Position numbers and translations under genes: made by a program
The notes under the pieces: model-generated
The model's input: only the letters and a program-made list of their open reading frames with translations
What the model was told of the DNA's origin: nothing
The model's database searches: none
Part shown: one piece after another, positions 1-13,357 of the stretch
Numbering within the stretch: the stretch's first letter is position 1
Layout of the letters: each line of letters opens with the position of its first letter
Assembly: GCA_010015585.1 (NCBI GenBank)
Contig: ML975159.1
DNA length: 64,000 nt
Direction: 5' to 3' (one strand)
DNA from: Eremomyces bilateralis CBS 781.70
Taxonomy: Eukaryota

Positions 1-375
1 TTGTATTTCCAGTTCTTGCTAACGTGGGGTGGTGGCTGGGTTGTATCGAGCGCGTTTTCTTCGGAGTATGTACAGAGTTGGCGCACGCTTCGATTTCTGT
101 AGGTGTAGGAGGCGCTTCCCACTTATCAAGCTGGTAGATCCAAGTTAAGGGAGCCTTTTCTTGTAGCTGATCGAGTTTGGTGGCTTGTACGAACGGAGAA
201 CGATTGGTATAGGATGTTTTTCCTTGAAGGCGGCCTTTGAAGGACGAACTGGCTGATTTGGAACTCACGCGCCAATGCTGAAATATTGACAGGTTTTCCT
301 GCTTTTTTTGGGGTCTGTAGCCTCCTTGACTGCTTTCTGTATAGTCTCCTCTGAATATTTGACGCGTTTAGACAT
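1..375 (-). mobile_element. Degenerate pogo/Fot1-type (Tc1/mariner superfamily) transposase N-terminus; frameshifted relic running off the window edge
   Basis: Joining frames from the ATG at 375 gives MSKRVKYSEETIQKAVKEA..KPVNISALAREFQIS..LQ/RRLQGKTSY..KLDQLQEKAPLTWIYQLDKWEAPPTPTEIEACANS../VSKNWKY. This matches the HTH-psq plus CENP-B/Tc5 HTH layout and the VxKNW motif of fungal pogo transposases. At least 3 frameshifts, one in the T-run at 303-309. Confidence 0.7.
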
Positions 376-2131
376 GTTTGGTGGTATAGATTTGAAGATG
401 ATGGTAAAATTTGACTTTTGGCGTGGGTTTGACTTTTGGTGTGGGAGCACCAACAACCGGAGGTTGTGGGGCGGCCATGGGGTACGGATACATATGAGAC
501 TACATGATTCATTTTGATGTTTTAGTTTGCTTAGAAAAGAGATCCGTCGTTAGGAGAATCCCACTTTCAACGGGGCCAATGGAAGCCAGGGTTTTGCAGG
601 GTGCTTTACAGGATTTTGTAGACGAACTACTGACCTGTCATGGAGGATAAGGTATCAATCCCCGAATCGTCCGCAATCTAGCTGAGAGAGCCAGAGACTA
701 GGACCAACGAACAGGGCGACAATCTAGGGCATAACAAGTGAGCTGGAAAGAGGACCGCAACTCAGATGGGTGACGTACCAATTCAAGCAATAAACATAGA
801 GATTCCCAAAGACTAGCCATCTATGCGTAGTTGATAACCTCTTGATACAATCTCGCAATGCTGGAAAATACACTCAGCCGTAGCTTAGCAGCCATCTTCC
901 AACGAATGCAGTCCATCATGACTGTTTGTTATTTCCTCCAATATGAATAGACCTTGACTCCCGGAAGGTTGGTTTAATAGGTAACTGTGTGGCTTTTATG
1001 GCCTCAAACCCCGTACTTTCTGGCGTCCGGCGGCCGAGACATAACGTCAACAACTTGCATATCTTTTAGTATCGTGACGCCCTACTTGGTGATGCTCCAT
1101 TAGAAGAAGTAGGTTCTTCCATGACGTTTTACCACCGATCGAGGTAAATTTGCTCTGATAGGGCCCAACAACCGCCGGGTCCAGAGTATCAGAGTTCAGG
1201 ACGAAAGCAGATGTTCCTGGCGAGCCAATAGTCGCTCATTGACGTGCTTCGCGAATCAAGCCCCCTTTAAATGAGGAACAACATCGGAACCTCACCAGTT
1301 GATTGCCTGCCATGCCCCCAAGAGACTCGGAAAAGTTTGCAACCGTCTCTTCTTAGCTCCAGATATCAGTCGTCTGACCGATACCTAGTGGCAGTATTGT
1401 TCAATGAAGTACGCGTAAGCAGAAGATTCACTGAAAACAAGAGACCACGGGAAATTAGCGGGTGTTTAGAAATAGATACTCATGAATGATAAATGGCCGC
1501 AATGAGGAGATGAACGAAATGAGATGTCGATATTTTGGAGCCATTCCTACGCTTAACTATCCATTCCGTCAATGAGATTGGATTTTTTCAACTTATCCGT
1601 TGCCGTCGCCGAGAGCGAATCCTCACGGTCGCCGATGTGGTATTATGTACATTCATGGTTTCGTATAACGAAGTCCATTACAAGGCTGGATTCGTATATG
1701 AGAAACAGGATTGAGGATAGACGTGACACATTGAAGGGGTAATGAAGCCTCATCGAGAGCCGGTTTGCTTTCTCCTCTGTCGTTGATATCAGGACGGTCT
1801 GGATTTCCTTAAGAGCCGGGTGAGGCCATTCGGACCAACTTCGGCTAAAAATTCGGTGACGGCGATGGAACTTCACCGAAACGTCAATGCGCAAGTCGGT
1901 TTACTGATTTGTAAGGACTAAGGAGCTGCCAAACATTCTACGGATTACCATCATTCCTTACAGGTATTCGTTTGCTCACATCTGAGCTCGACAAGTATTC
2001 GCGGCCTTGTTCCAGCATCGATTATCTGGAAAAGGTTCCTCGCCCGCAAAACAGCCGAGACAACAGCCCAGTATTGCCCGCGGATAGCTCCAGAAGCTCC
2101 GCAATCCGGTGATATTGCGCTGGGCTTCACC

Positions 2132-5100
2132 ATGCTCCAGAGCCAGTCTCGCGCATTCACAGCCGCCAGTCGGTTATCATCGAGAATATCATGCCGGACA
2201 ATACACCAGTCCGGTTCCATTCCCGATCGACGCCTGTTTTCTCTCTTAGCCACAACCCGATATCAACCGTCGCGTCGAAGCATACTTAACCTCGAAACCG
2301 CGTACCAGTCGAAATGTTTCTCCTCCGCACCGGCAAGATGGAAAGAGAAGCCTCCTCGGTCACCGAAAGAGCTCGCAGATAACAAGGCTAGCGAGGAAGG
2401 ATCCGAAAAGATTGAGCTGGATGCTGATCCGGACAGTGAAGTTGGAAAGGCGGCTAAAGTCAAGACCCCGGAACCAATACCGCAATCCGCAAATATTTCG
2501 AAAGAAGGACGCGGTACTTCTGCCGGTAGCGGAGTTGGGGAGAGTGCTCAATCGGGAGGCTCCAGCGAAGGGGGTGGAAAGCGCCGCAAAGGCTCGAGTG
2601 ACCGAGCAATCGCGAAGCCTTCCGTTCCAGACGTGTACCCACAAGTCATGGCGATTCCGATAGCGAAGCGACCACTCTTTCCAGGGTTCTACAAGGCCAT
2701 CACAATCAAGAATCCAGACGTCATTGCGGCCATCTACGAGATGATGAGCCGAGGTCAGCCATATGTTGGAGCATTCCTCCTCAAAGACGACTCAGCGGAC
2801 AAAGATGTCATCGAGAGCATGGACGATGTGCATCAAGTGGGCAGCTTCTGCCAAATTACGAGCGCGTTTGATTCCAAGGGCGACGAACCAAGCTTGACTG
2901 CCGTGCTGTATCCCCACCGAAGAATAAAGATGACCAGTCTAATACCCCCGGCACGCGATGGCGGTGAGACGGCCCCCAAAGCCGCTGTTACTGAAGAACC
3001 TGAGCCGAAGGAGGAACAGCCCGAGAAGCAGCTGGAGAAGAAGCCGGAGAAGGAGGAGGAAACAGACCGCAAAGGTGACGTCGTTGCTAGCTTCGAGGAA
3101 AGTGCTGCGAAAGAGGAACCAAAACAGGCCCAACGATACGAGCCTACTAGCTTCCTCCGAGACCGCAAGGTCAGCTTAGTCAACGTGGACAACCTCGCGG
3201 AAGATCCGTACGATTTGAATAGCCCGACCACGAGAGCACTAGTCAGCGAGATTCTACAGGTGTTCCGAGAGATTGCTGGCATGAATAGCAATTTCCGAGA
3301 GCAGATTGGCAACTTTGCTGTGAGCCACGGCCCAGGTAACGTCGCTGACGAGCCGAGCCGGTTAGCAGACTTCGCTGCCGCGGCATCCTTTGGCGATGCG
3401 AATGAGTTGCAGGATGTTTTGGAAACACTGCAAATGGACGAGCGACTGCACAAGGCTTTGGTCCTTGTTAAGCAAGAACTTGCCAATGCACAGTTGCAGT
3501 CAAAGATCAGCAAAGATGTCGACAACAAGATTCAGAAACGCCAACGAGAGTATTTCCTCATGGAGCAGATGAAAGGCATAAAACGCGAACTCGGAATGGA
3601 AAGTGATGGCAAAGACAAACTGGTCGAGAAGTTTCGGGAGAAAGCAAGCAAACTGGCTATGCCTGAAGCTGTCAAGAAGGTTTTCGAGGAAGAACTTAAC
3701 AAACTGGCACATCTCGAACCGGCCGCATCCGAATTCAACGTCACGAGAAACTACCTTGACTGGCTCACTCAGATTCCGTGGGGACAGCGAAGCGCCGAGA
3801 ATTTCGGAATTCAGCATGCCATGAAGATCCTAGACGAAGATCATCACGGCCTGAAGGACGTGAAAGATCGCATCTTGGAATTCATTGCGGTTGGAAAGCT
3901 TCGTGGGACCGTTGAAGGCAAGATTCTATGCATGGTTGGGCCACCTGGTGTCGGTAAAACGAGTATCGGGAAGTCCATCGCTCGCGCCCTGAACCGGCAA
4001 TATTACAGGTTTAGCGTTGGCGGATTGACTGACGTCGCTGAAATCAAGGGTCATCGACGAACCTATGTTGGGGCGCTTCCGGGACGTATCATCCAAGCGT
4101 TGAAGAAATGTCAGACCGAAAACCCTCTCATTCTGATTGATGAGGTTGACAAGATTGGCAGAGGCCATCTTGGAGATCCGTCCTCAGCATTGTTGGAACT
4201 GTTGGATCCCGAGCAGAACAACTCGTTCCTAGACCACTATATGGACGTTCCCGTCGACCTATCCAAGGTCCTCTTCGTCTGTACTGCCAATATGACCGAC
4301 ACTATTCCAAGGCCATTGTTGGATCGCATGGAAATGATCGAGCTCTCAGGGTACGTGGCCGACGAAAAGATGGCCATTGCAGAACGCTACCTGGCGCCGC
4401 AAGCCAAGGAGATGAATGGTCTCAAAGATGTCGACGTCGAATTGGACAAAGACGCTATTCATGAGCTGATCAACCGGTACTGTCGTGAAAGCGGTGTCCG
4501 GAATCTGAAAAAGCAGATCGAGAAAGTCTACCGCAAATCTGCATTGAAAATCATCCAGGATATTGGAGAAGAATCCCTCCCAGAGGAGGAAGCATTGACA
4601 GATGAGGGGAAAGCTGCGCAAGAGGCTGCTGAGAAAGACAAGTCCGATGTCAAAGAGACACCCGAGAACATCGAGGAAACAACGACGGAAAAGCCAAGGC
4701 TCGCAATGCAGGTCCCAGACACAGTCCACGTCCGTATCTCGAAGGATAATGTGAAAGATTATGTCGGTCCTCCGATCTTTACCACCGATCGACTCTACGA
4801 AACGCTGCCCCCCGGTGTTGCTATGGGCCTGGCCTGGACGCAAATGGGAGGAGCAGCACTATACGTCGAGACAATTCTAGAGAGTGCACTGAAGCATTCT
4901 TCCCGACCGGGACTCGAGCGCACAGGAAACATGAAGGCTGTCATGAAAGAATCGACCTCACTGGCGTACACTTTTGCGAAGCACGTTCTTGCGAAAGACT
5001 TCCCCGATAACCTCTTCTTTGAGCATGCCAGAGTACATCTTCATCTCCCCGAGGGCGCAGTTCCTAAAGATGGTCCTTCCGCAGGCATCACCATGGCCTC

Positions 5101-5508
5101 AAGTTTGCTCAGTCTGGCGCTTGATACACCACTGGATCCGACCATCGCTATGACAGGAGAGTTGACTGTCACTGGCAAGGTGCTCAGAATTGGCGGCTTG
5201 AGAGAAAAGACTGTTGCAGCCAGGAGAGCGGGTGCGAAGATGGTTCTCTTCCCTGCTGACAACATGAGTGATTGGCTGGAACTCCCTGAGGTGAGTGATA
5301 TTTATCGCGATTTTTTGACTACTCGCTAACAGTCGGATAGAATATCAAGGAGGATATCGAAGGCAAGCCAGTCGCTTGGTATTCCGACGTCTTCAATATC
5401 ATATTCCCCAATCTCGACCAAGAACGGGTTGGCAAGCTTTGGCAGAAACAGTTGGAAAAGCCGAAACGGCGGGACGACGAGGACCGCGGATCCGAAAAGG
5501 ACGATTGA
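2132..5508 (+). CDS. PIM1: Mitochondrial Lon protease (ATP-dependent serine protease)
   Basis: Arg/Ser-rich presequence, Lon N-domain, Walker A GPPGVGKT, Walker B LIDEVDK, catalytic PKDGPSAG and IGGLREK. Intron 5291-5340 (GTGAGT..CTAAC..AG); the last exon NIKEDIEGKPVAWYSDVF ends at TGA 5508. Confidence 0.97.
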
Positions 5509-5874
5509 AGCTGCATGTTTCTTCGTCGACGCGCATTTCGCGATGGCAGGCAACCTCCCGGTGCCCTAACGCTTGTTTCACGATAGATAACTGTACAAAA
5601 TCCCCTGTGTGCATGGAACGGTGTTTTGAACATTTTGAAAACTCCCTTTTGAGGAGCTATCAGCGGCATTGCATATATCTCCGCTCATGTAAAGACTCCT
5701 TTGCGCCCCGAAGCGCCGTGCACGACTTTAGCCTCCCGATAAAACAATAGACTACATGACGACCACGCTCTTCCTCGCTGTTTCATCTCTCATTATGTCG
5801 TCACGCATTAGTGGACTTGGGTCGGAGCAGTTCGTACCAGTGTCGTCCGGATGTATCTCCCACTAGAGTATCAA

Positions 5875-7031
5875 TCAACCATCACCTCCCCAATATCGGT
5901 CGATTATTTGTAGTCCTTGTCGGACCCAGCCTTCGTCCATGCCCAAGGCTGTGTCATAGCCGTGTTCCATTCCCTGTCCTATAGATAGTTTGATTTGTAC
6001 CTGCGGTACTTCGTGGTGGATTTGGGATACAAACCGCTTAGTGCCATCAAACGGCACCGCAGTATCCTTGTCTCCATGATATATCCAGATGAATGGATGC
6101 CGCCCGTTCGGGGCTTGATTCAGAAACATTTGGAGTATCCCTAGGCACTCCAACGGGAATAACTCTGTCCGGTTGCCGAGTAGCCGCGTCATTTGCCCAT
6201 GTTGGATGATGATTCGCGCCAACTCGATGCGCTTCCGCGTTGGATCGGATGTGACCACTTCACCGTGCGGTAAGTTGAGCATATGCTCTTGAAGAATCTT
6301 AACGTCCCCCCAAGGTTCACTATTCATGATGGATTTGGGGCCGGCCTTGCTGAACCATGGGGACCGAAGATCGAGAGAAGGGAAACCAAGGATAAGAGCA
6401 CGCATAACGATGGGTTTATATAGGCGATCCAACGACGGAAAGAGCGCCTGCCGACATAGATGAAGAAGCGATTGTATGGCCAAATAGCCGCCTGCACTTT
6501 CGCCTGTGCAAAGGATATTAGTGAGGTCAGGCGCGATCCTTCGGGGTCCGGAAGTTCGGGGTAGCACATGGGTGAGCGTCCGTTGAACCCATTTCCAGAA
6601 ATCTCGCATGTCATTGAGGATGTCCTGGCCAGTAGCCTCGGGCAGGAGACGATAGTCCGGTGAAAGGATGATGGCGCCTCTTGCAACGGCGTATTCCAGC
6701 AGCCTGGGTCCGATTAGAACTCTGGTTCGGTGAGGATGCATGCTTCAATGACAATCACAGGGAAGTAGATTTCAGAACCAGTGAAATTGGGGATTGCATA
6801 CCACTTTGGAAACCATTCCGGCAGCAGCCTTGACCCCGAAACGAGGTAGCCCCCGTGCCAGCGTACGATGAGAGGACGCTTCCCGGCCCTGATGAATTTG
6901 GGAACTAGGATCGAGACGCAGATTGAATGGCGACCGATCTGCTTGTATGAAGTATCTATAACCCTGAAGGCGGCGAATCGAGCTGGTCGGTCCGTGCCGT
7001 TCCTGCAATAATCCTTGGTCGGGATGGGCAT
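5875..7031 (-). CDS. Alpha/beta-hydrolase fold esterase/lipase (Abhydrolase_3-like)
   Basis: WHGGYL oxyanion motif in exon 1, GESAGG nucleophile elbow, HGDKDTAVP and EHGYD catalytic Asp/His. Intron 6801-6704 (GTATGC..CTAAT..CAG) joins the two ORFs. Confidence 0.88.
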
Positions 7032-10000
7032 AACGAACGTTGAGTATGTCGATCAAGTGGAAATGGGTTGAGAAGTTAAATTTTTCCACATGCAGAAACG
7101 ACAGCTGGGTTGCCTATAGGGGAACGACCGACATGTTTGCTGACTATTCTCTTGACCCAGGGATCGACGGAAGTTAATGGGGAGACGAACAAGTCACATC
7201 ACCTGCGACTGGCCGTTGAATGCTGCATGTCCCCGACGTGGCATCGTATCATGCGGGAGTTGACAACAATTGAAATCGTAGATGACTCGCTGGAGATGGT
7301 TGGATGTATATATGCATAGTTTGGCGCCACTGGCGGTATTTAAATGAGTTGAGGATCCGCTGATCCCACGAGCGAGAAACGAAGATAGCGACAGTGGGGT
7401 AACACAGACCAAAACCGGGAGGGATTAGACAATAGAGAGAGAAATAGGAAAAGAATTAGCAAATTGGAAGGTCAACTGCCGCACCTAACTGGCCTAGAAG
7501 GTCTTGGATTCTCGGGGTTCCGCCAATGGCCAAGGGGCCACGACTCATGAGGATTGCGAAGAACTAAAGAAGGAATAGATAGAAGCTAGCAGCCATTAGA
7601 TGCAAATATACAATCCTGGTCCCTCGCGATCAATCATCAACACAGTTCATGAATACTGCATCTCACTTGACTGGATCTGTGATCAAGGCTGCAGAGAGAC
7701 TGCATTCCCCCCTGCGACGACGTGCAAAGGGTGAGTTGGCAGAGGGTACAGTATGGGAAAATCAGAGAGTTGGGGGTCCGGGTCGTGAGGTGAAAAGGTG
7801 GCGCCCGGGGGTATCATTTTTCTCAACGAGCTTTGGAGGTTGGTCACCGCAAAGTCAGTCTCGAGAAGTCGAGATATCGTGTGACAGCCTGATAGCCGAC
7901 AAGGCGAACATGCCTGGCGTCCCGGGGCGATAAGCGAAGGTAGCACTCTGACGCACGCGAAAGCAACTAGAACGTGGTAAAGAATGGCGGGAGTGCTTGT
8001 GCCTTGTGGTGAGCGATCTAAGAGATCCATTGGTTCTATTAGTCGAGCGCATGACACGGGAGACGCACCGCAGCCGTCCAACCCGAATGGTGACGTGAGA
8101 CATCTAATTTGGAGCTTGGAAGAGACGGTTGGGGGTTTGCGGAATAGTGAGTAATTAGAGGGAATGAAGAATGAGAGAACTAAGGAAGTGCAGGTTAAGC
8201 TTCGGAGACTTTCGCTGCACGACCCCCTCCCAATCTCTCGCGTATCAGCCCCTCCACATGACAACTGGCAATGCTTGTGCTGAACGCTGATGGGACCACG
8301 ACCGCCTCTTTTCTTTCTTTTTTCTTTCTAGGCTGGTCACTGGTCAAACTCCAGCATCAGCTTGCATGTGGTCGCAGTAGCTCGTGTGAAACGGTCGAAT
8401 CTGCAAGGTCTTGCAGCCTTTGGGTACATGAACTGAGAAGCGAGTCGATCATTGGAATAATCGTATCTAGCGGTTTCGAAGTGAGCAGACGATGCTCTGT
8501 TTCATGATACGGTAATGTAGTGTAGCAGTACGATATTGCAATTTGCAAGTACAGGTAGTTGTACCTATCAGATCTTTTGTCAATTGTCTTCGTTCTTCCC
8601 AGTTCTGAGTCCGATCCTAATTCTGTCGTATGTGATTTAAGTCTTTGCTTGTCATTTCCTCGTACCCGAAGGACGAATGACGATACTCTCAATTGTTTTG
8701 AAGCTTCTTGTTCCAGACATCTGGACCGTGCCACATTGGGTTCACTGCGATGCCTTTGCATGCACCTAAAGGACTGTTGTGATACCCCTAGACCAGTCGC
8801 TGCGCCGCTCTAAGATCACATTCTCCTATCCAATCTTCCAATAAATAATAGCTCTTGGAACTATGCCGCTGGACTAGCGATAAAAACAACCAAAATTTAC
8901 AAACAGGGTCATGGTAACACGTGTAAATGCAGGAAGATTCTGCCAGAATCTTCTCTCGCAAACTGGCATGGACACCTTGCTAAACCGTGATCTTGGATAT
9001 ATGCATGCCGGATTGCAACATATTCGCCTTTACATGGGGTTGCACGCCACCGAATTAAGACAAGCCTCTAATGATCTCAAAATATTGACTAGAATATGAC
9101 AGATCGCGTCGATTCTTGTGGCTTTCAACGTCACCACGGTCCCCGAGGGCTGAAACAGGTTTCGTACATTCCTCGAGGGGCCAATCGAAGTAAATGCGAG
9201 GAGCATGAGAGATTATCGATGAAGGCCAGTACTACAAGCTGATGGATCCCTTAGTGGAGAGCAGCCTCAAGAAGCATGAAGGTCATGTCTAGAAGGGATC
9301 CATGACGTGAAGTGAGCAGATGGCGGAGGCGTTGAATTCTGCAAGGATGACCGGGTGCAATGCCGCAGCTGATCGACGTCGACCATCAGAGTCTACTTAC
9401 TTATGCTACGCATGAACGATGATTTGCAAAATACATCCATGGACCGTGGGCAATACGAGAACATATGACCCATTGCGGATTGGAGTCCTAACCAGGTACA
9501 TGGGACAGGCTCTTAGGCACAAGTGAGCAAGGCCTGGCAAAGCGATGCTCGCTCAAAATTTCAGCAACTGATGGCTCCTCTTACGACTCCCACAGAGTAT
9601 AGCAGGGAAATAATTGCACCATTGTCAATTGGTAAGGGAAAGTGAGAGCTCTCAAGGGGAAGGACCAAGATCGAGAGGCCGTAGCTTCAGTGGAAGGCAA
9701 GGCTCTGTTCAGTGCATGTCAGAATGGATTGTTCTAAGTAATAGGTCAAGGATGGAATACAGGACTCCCACCCACCCATTCCGGGACCCGGACGCTGACG
9801 AGGGCATCTCCTGCCTGCAGTTGACTCCAGAGGTAAATAGGTACTACTACTAACCGATATTCAGCCAATCCTATCATGATGGGATTGCCCTGAGCCTCAA
9901 CAGTGCGCCTCTGGTGTGTTTTATCGTTTGGATACCCGCATCTAGAACTTGGTCAAACCGGAAGCACGAATGATACGGACACTCACCAATCGATCACCCG

Positions 10001-11739
10001 AGCCGTTCAGTCGCTCAGCTTGCGATCGATCCGGTCTGCGAAGTCGTTCGGTTTGGAGAACCTCATGTTTGCCCTTGCTCGCGGGAACACTAAGGGATCG
10101 CATATGACCTGTTTAGTACGATGTCATTCGTGCTTATTCCTGTATCCATGCGTGGTGGTACTAGGAGATATACGTCTCCATGACATTGGATTCGCTGATA
10201 TATCGGAACGGTTTACCCAGTGTCACATACCACCATCTGCTCAGTTCCCTTTCACAGGCCTCTTTCCACAACATCCGCGGATACGGATCATTCTCATATT
10301 GGCTACTGATGCACTATGGAACAGTACCATTCTGCATACCGATAAGCTTCTCGCTCTTAATATCCTTGGGATATCGAATCGAATCGTCTGGGTGACACTG
10401 AACACTACTTATGAAATACTATGGAAGACAGCACCCAGTCGGTAATATACACCTCGCTAATCTCTGCAAATACTGAGTATACTGGACGTGATCTATAAGA
10501 CGCGTCATTAGAGGAACATTATGAATGTTGCCTTCGTGATGTTGTAACGGAAATATAGCCGGCAGAGAACAGTCGCCTTGTACTCATGTCGTCGCCGCCT
10601 ACGGATGCGATAACGGTCCGCGAACACCCTACAATATCATTATCGTCCCACAGGGTCGTCCCGCCCTCAAATGCCGTGTCAGTGTCACGACAGGCTCGAT
10701 GGAACCCACTCCTTCAACGAGATCTTTGCCTGATCATACGAGTCGAGCTCGGTGAAATGGGCCAAGTCGAACCGAATACATATAAGGATTCAGCCCACAA
10801 AGAAATGTATCTTCCCGCTGCGCGATTGGTGTCTGGTAGAAGTATTTCCGCTCGCAAAGTCCAGATGGTGCAAATCATTGTGCCACGTCAACAAAGGCAA
10901 AGAGAGCCATTCTCTATGAGAGGACGGGATCGCACAATATTCGGATCCCCCCCCGACATATGTGCTTTATTATTAACCTTCGACGCCTTTAAATATGTCA
11001 ACCGTACAAGAGAGATCGTGCCTCCAATCTAAGCTGTTCTTGAGATCCCATCTCTACTGGAGCCTGCGCATTCAGGTTCCGATTGATCTGTCGGAATATG
11101 AACGAAATTTCCACATAATTAAGCCAAAACGTGCTTGCAACACCGATAACCCGGTACATTTCATTCGGAAAGACGACTAGGGATTGGTAAACGAAGCTAG
11201 AGGACAATTGGCATGAAGCGACGGCGAAGAGTTATACTTCGGAGGATGAACTGGAGGCAAATATACGTCATTGACTGATGGTATTTCTGACGCCATGATT
11301 TAAAAGGGCAAGTTCATGAAGAGAAAAGCGATTGAGAAGGTCTTGAAAGAAGGCAAGACCGTAGAGAATAATAGACGGACATTGGACTTGTTTGGGGGGC
11401 CGCTCGTAGTCATAAAATCGCAAGTATGGGATTAGATCAGTTCAACGCCTCGGTGCCGCAAGCATGTCACGTCTCACAAAGTTGTCTTTGTCCTTGTTGG
11501 ATATGCTATACCTCTTTGGTCACCGGTACGTAGACGCACTTGATTAAGTAATCGATAGTGGGCGTGATGATTTTAAAACTTTAATAAGATCACTCCCCAT
11601 GGCCGTAGCCATTATAGACATCGAGTCACGCAGCCAAGTATTGACCAGATCCAAGGTTGAATTGAGAAATCTAGGAAGCGAAAGAGGAATGAATAGGGGT
11701 AGAGTCGTGTTCAGCACCGCAGCCGCCCAATGTCATACT

Positions 11740-12576
11740 CTATTCCCCCATCACATGGAACAAGGACACCGGATTGCTGATTCCCAAGGCGTATTTTAGC
11801 TTCTCCAAAGCTTCGATGCCAATGACTTGTGACAGATCTCTTCCACGCGATTCTTTCCCTTGGATGAGGACCCAGTCTTCTTCTCTCGCCTCGTTTAAGG
11901 TTTCAAGTGGAATGGCAATGGATTCTCTCAGCTCCTGGGTCCAGTTTCGTTCCCCAATCCTCCTTTTGATTATATTGATGAACGTGTTGAACCCATGTCG
12001 ATCGAATTGGAATTCAGAAGCGAACGGAAAGTCGATAACGAGCCAGAGCCCTGTCAGGTCCGTGGGCTGTTGCTTCTCATTGGCGGATCCGTCCATCTGG
12101 AGAGTCAATATTGGGGGGTGACCCTTTCCCGTTAACGATGGAGCGTCATCGTCTAGGGGACTATCCCACAGCTCGACGCGAAGATCGCCAATTCGTCGGT
12201 TGTTTGAAGATGACAGTGCATGCCATCGATGGTCAACGGCGTAGGTTCCGTCAGGTCTTGGGGTTGGCTGAGAGCTGACCAGTTGCGCGATGGCAAAGGC
12301 TTTGTTGAGGAACTTGATGGCCGGTATATCGACCTGGGATGGAAGAGCGGCCGCCGGTCCAGAAACGAGGAATTGGACGGGCGACTGATTCGATGACTTG
12401 TGGTGCTCAGTGACCTTCTCACTACCTGGAGGAACGCCTTTTGGTGCTCTGCTTGAGGAGAGCCAAGGTTGGAGGAGTAAAAGTAGCCCGAGGAGAATAG
12501 TGAGCGAGGGCATACCAAAGAAGGTGATCATGAAAGCAGTGCTGGGAGGACCTTCATTGTAAGGATAAGAAGGCAT
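11740..12576 (-). CDS. Hypothetical protein, 278 aa, with N-terminal hydrophobic anchor
   Basis: Uninterrupted ATG-initiated ORF with protein-like composition and one hydrophobic segment (TILLGLLLLLQPW). No family recognised. Confidence 0.55.
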   Translation of the reverse strand: MPSYPYNEGPPSTAFMITFFGMPSLTILLGLLLLLQPWLSSSRAPKGVPPGSEKVTEHHKSSNQSPVQFLVSGPAAALPSQVDIPAIKFLNKAFAIAQLVSSQPTPRPDGTYAVDHRWHALSSSNNRRIGDLRVELWDSPLDDDAPSLTGKGHPPILTLQMDGSANEKQQPTDLTGLWLVIDFPFASEFQFDRHGFNTFINIIKRRIGERNWTQELRESIAIPLETLNEAREEDWVLIQGKESRGRDLSQVIGIEALEKLKYALGISNPVSLFHVMGE

Positions 12577-13357
12577 GCTGGGAAAATGAGGGCAATATCT
12601 CTTGGTAATGCAATTACTCGGAATAGGATAACGATAACCGTAAATCAGCTGGATGACTTGCGTTTCCGCACTTGGGTCGTGTGTTTATTGAACGGAGGAC
12701 GATGGAAATATCAAGCTTGAGGTTGAGGTTCCCAAATGCTTAGAATTCACAGTTTCTTCTTCGTGGATACTGCAAGTGCAGTCCGTCTGAGAGTAAACAT
12801 GGCCTAATACAGCACTAGCATCCCATGAGGCACAATAGGGTCATTGGGGATCGCGATATGGCCGGCGTGAAGGCTACAGGCGGGATGGTTAGCCTGCATT
12901 TGCCATGGTGTCGAAGGTCATCCATGAATCCATTTCAGTTGCTGTCATTCGGGAAAGTTGAATCAAAAGTTGGATTCGCAATATCAGAAGAAAACTTTGG
13001 ATGGATTGACTGGGATCTGGGGGCGAGTTTGAGATTAGTCAGCCACATCAGCCACCGCCCACGAGACCACCGGTCCACCAGACCACCAGTCCACCAGACC
13101 ACCACTGGCCACTGGGTTCTGAAGCTGAATAGCATGTTACTCGGATTTTAAGTAGGGTATTTGGTTGAATTGTAGTGTCTTTTGAATTGTCTCGTACTCT
13201 TGTTTCATTCTAAGTTCTGGCATTGTCCTCGCTAATGCATGTATATATCGTTTCATCATATGGCAATGGTCTAAAAAGATTCCTTACCAGTTGAGTGTCG
13301 TTTGAGTCTCCGGAATCCAAGATGCCACATTACCGGTATACCGTGTATACACTTTAA

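Noticed and set aside
2263..5669. Many antisense and alternate-frame ORFs over PIM1
   Set aside because: Shadow ORFs of a long codon-biased gene; no motifs of their own.
7100..9900. Scattered 60-190 aa ORFs
   Set aside because: No recognisable domains, codon bias or splice structure.
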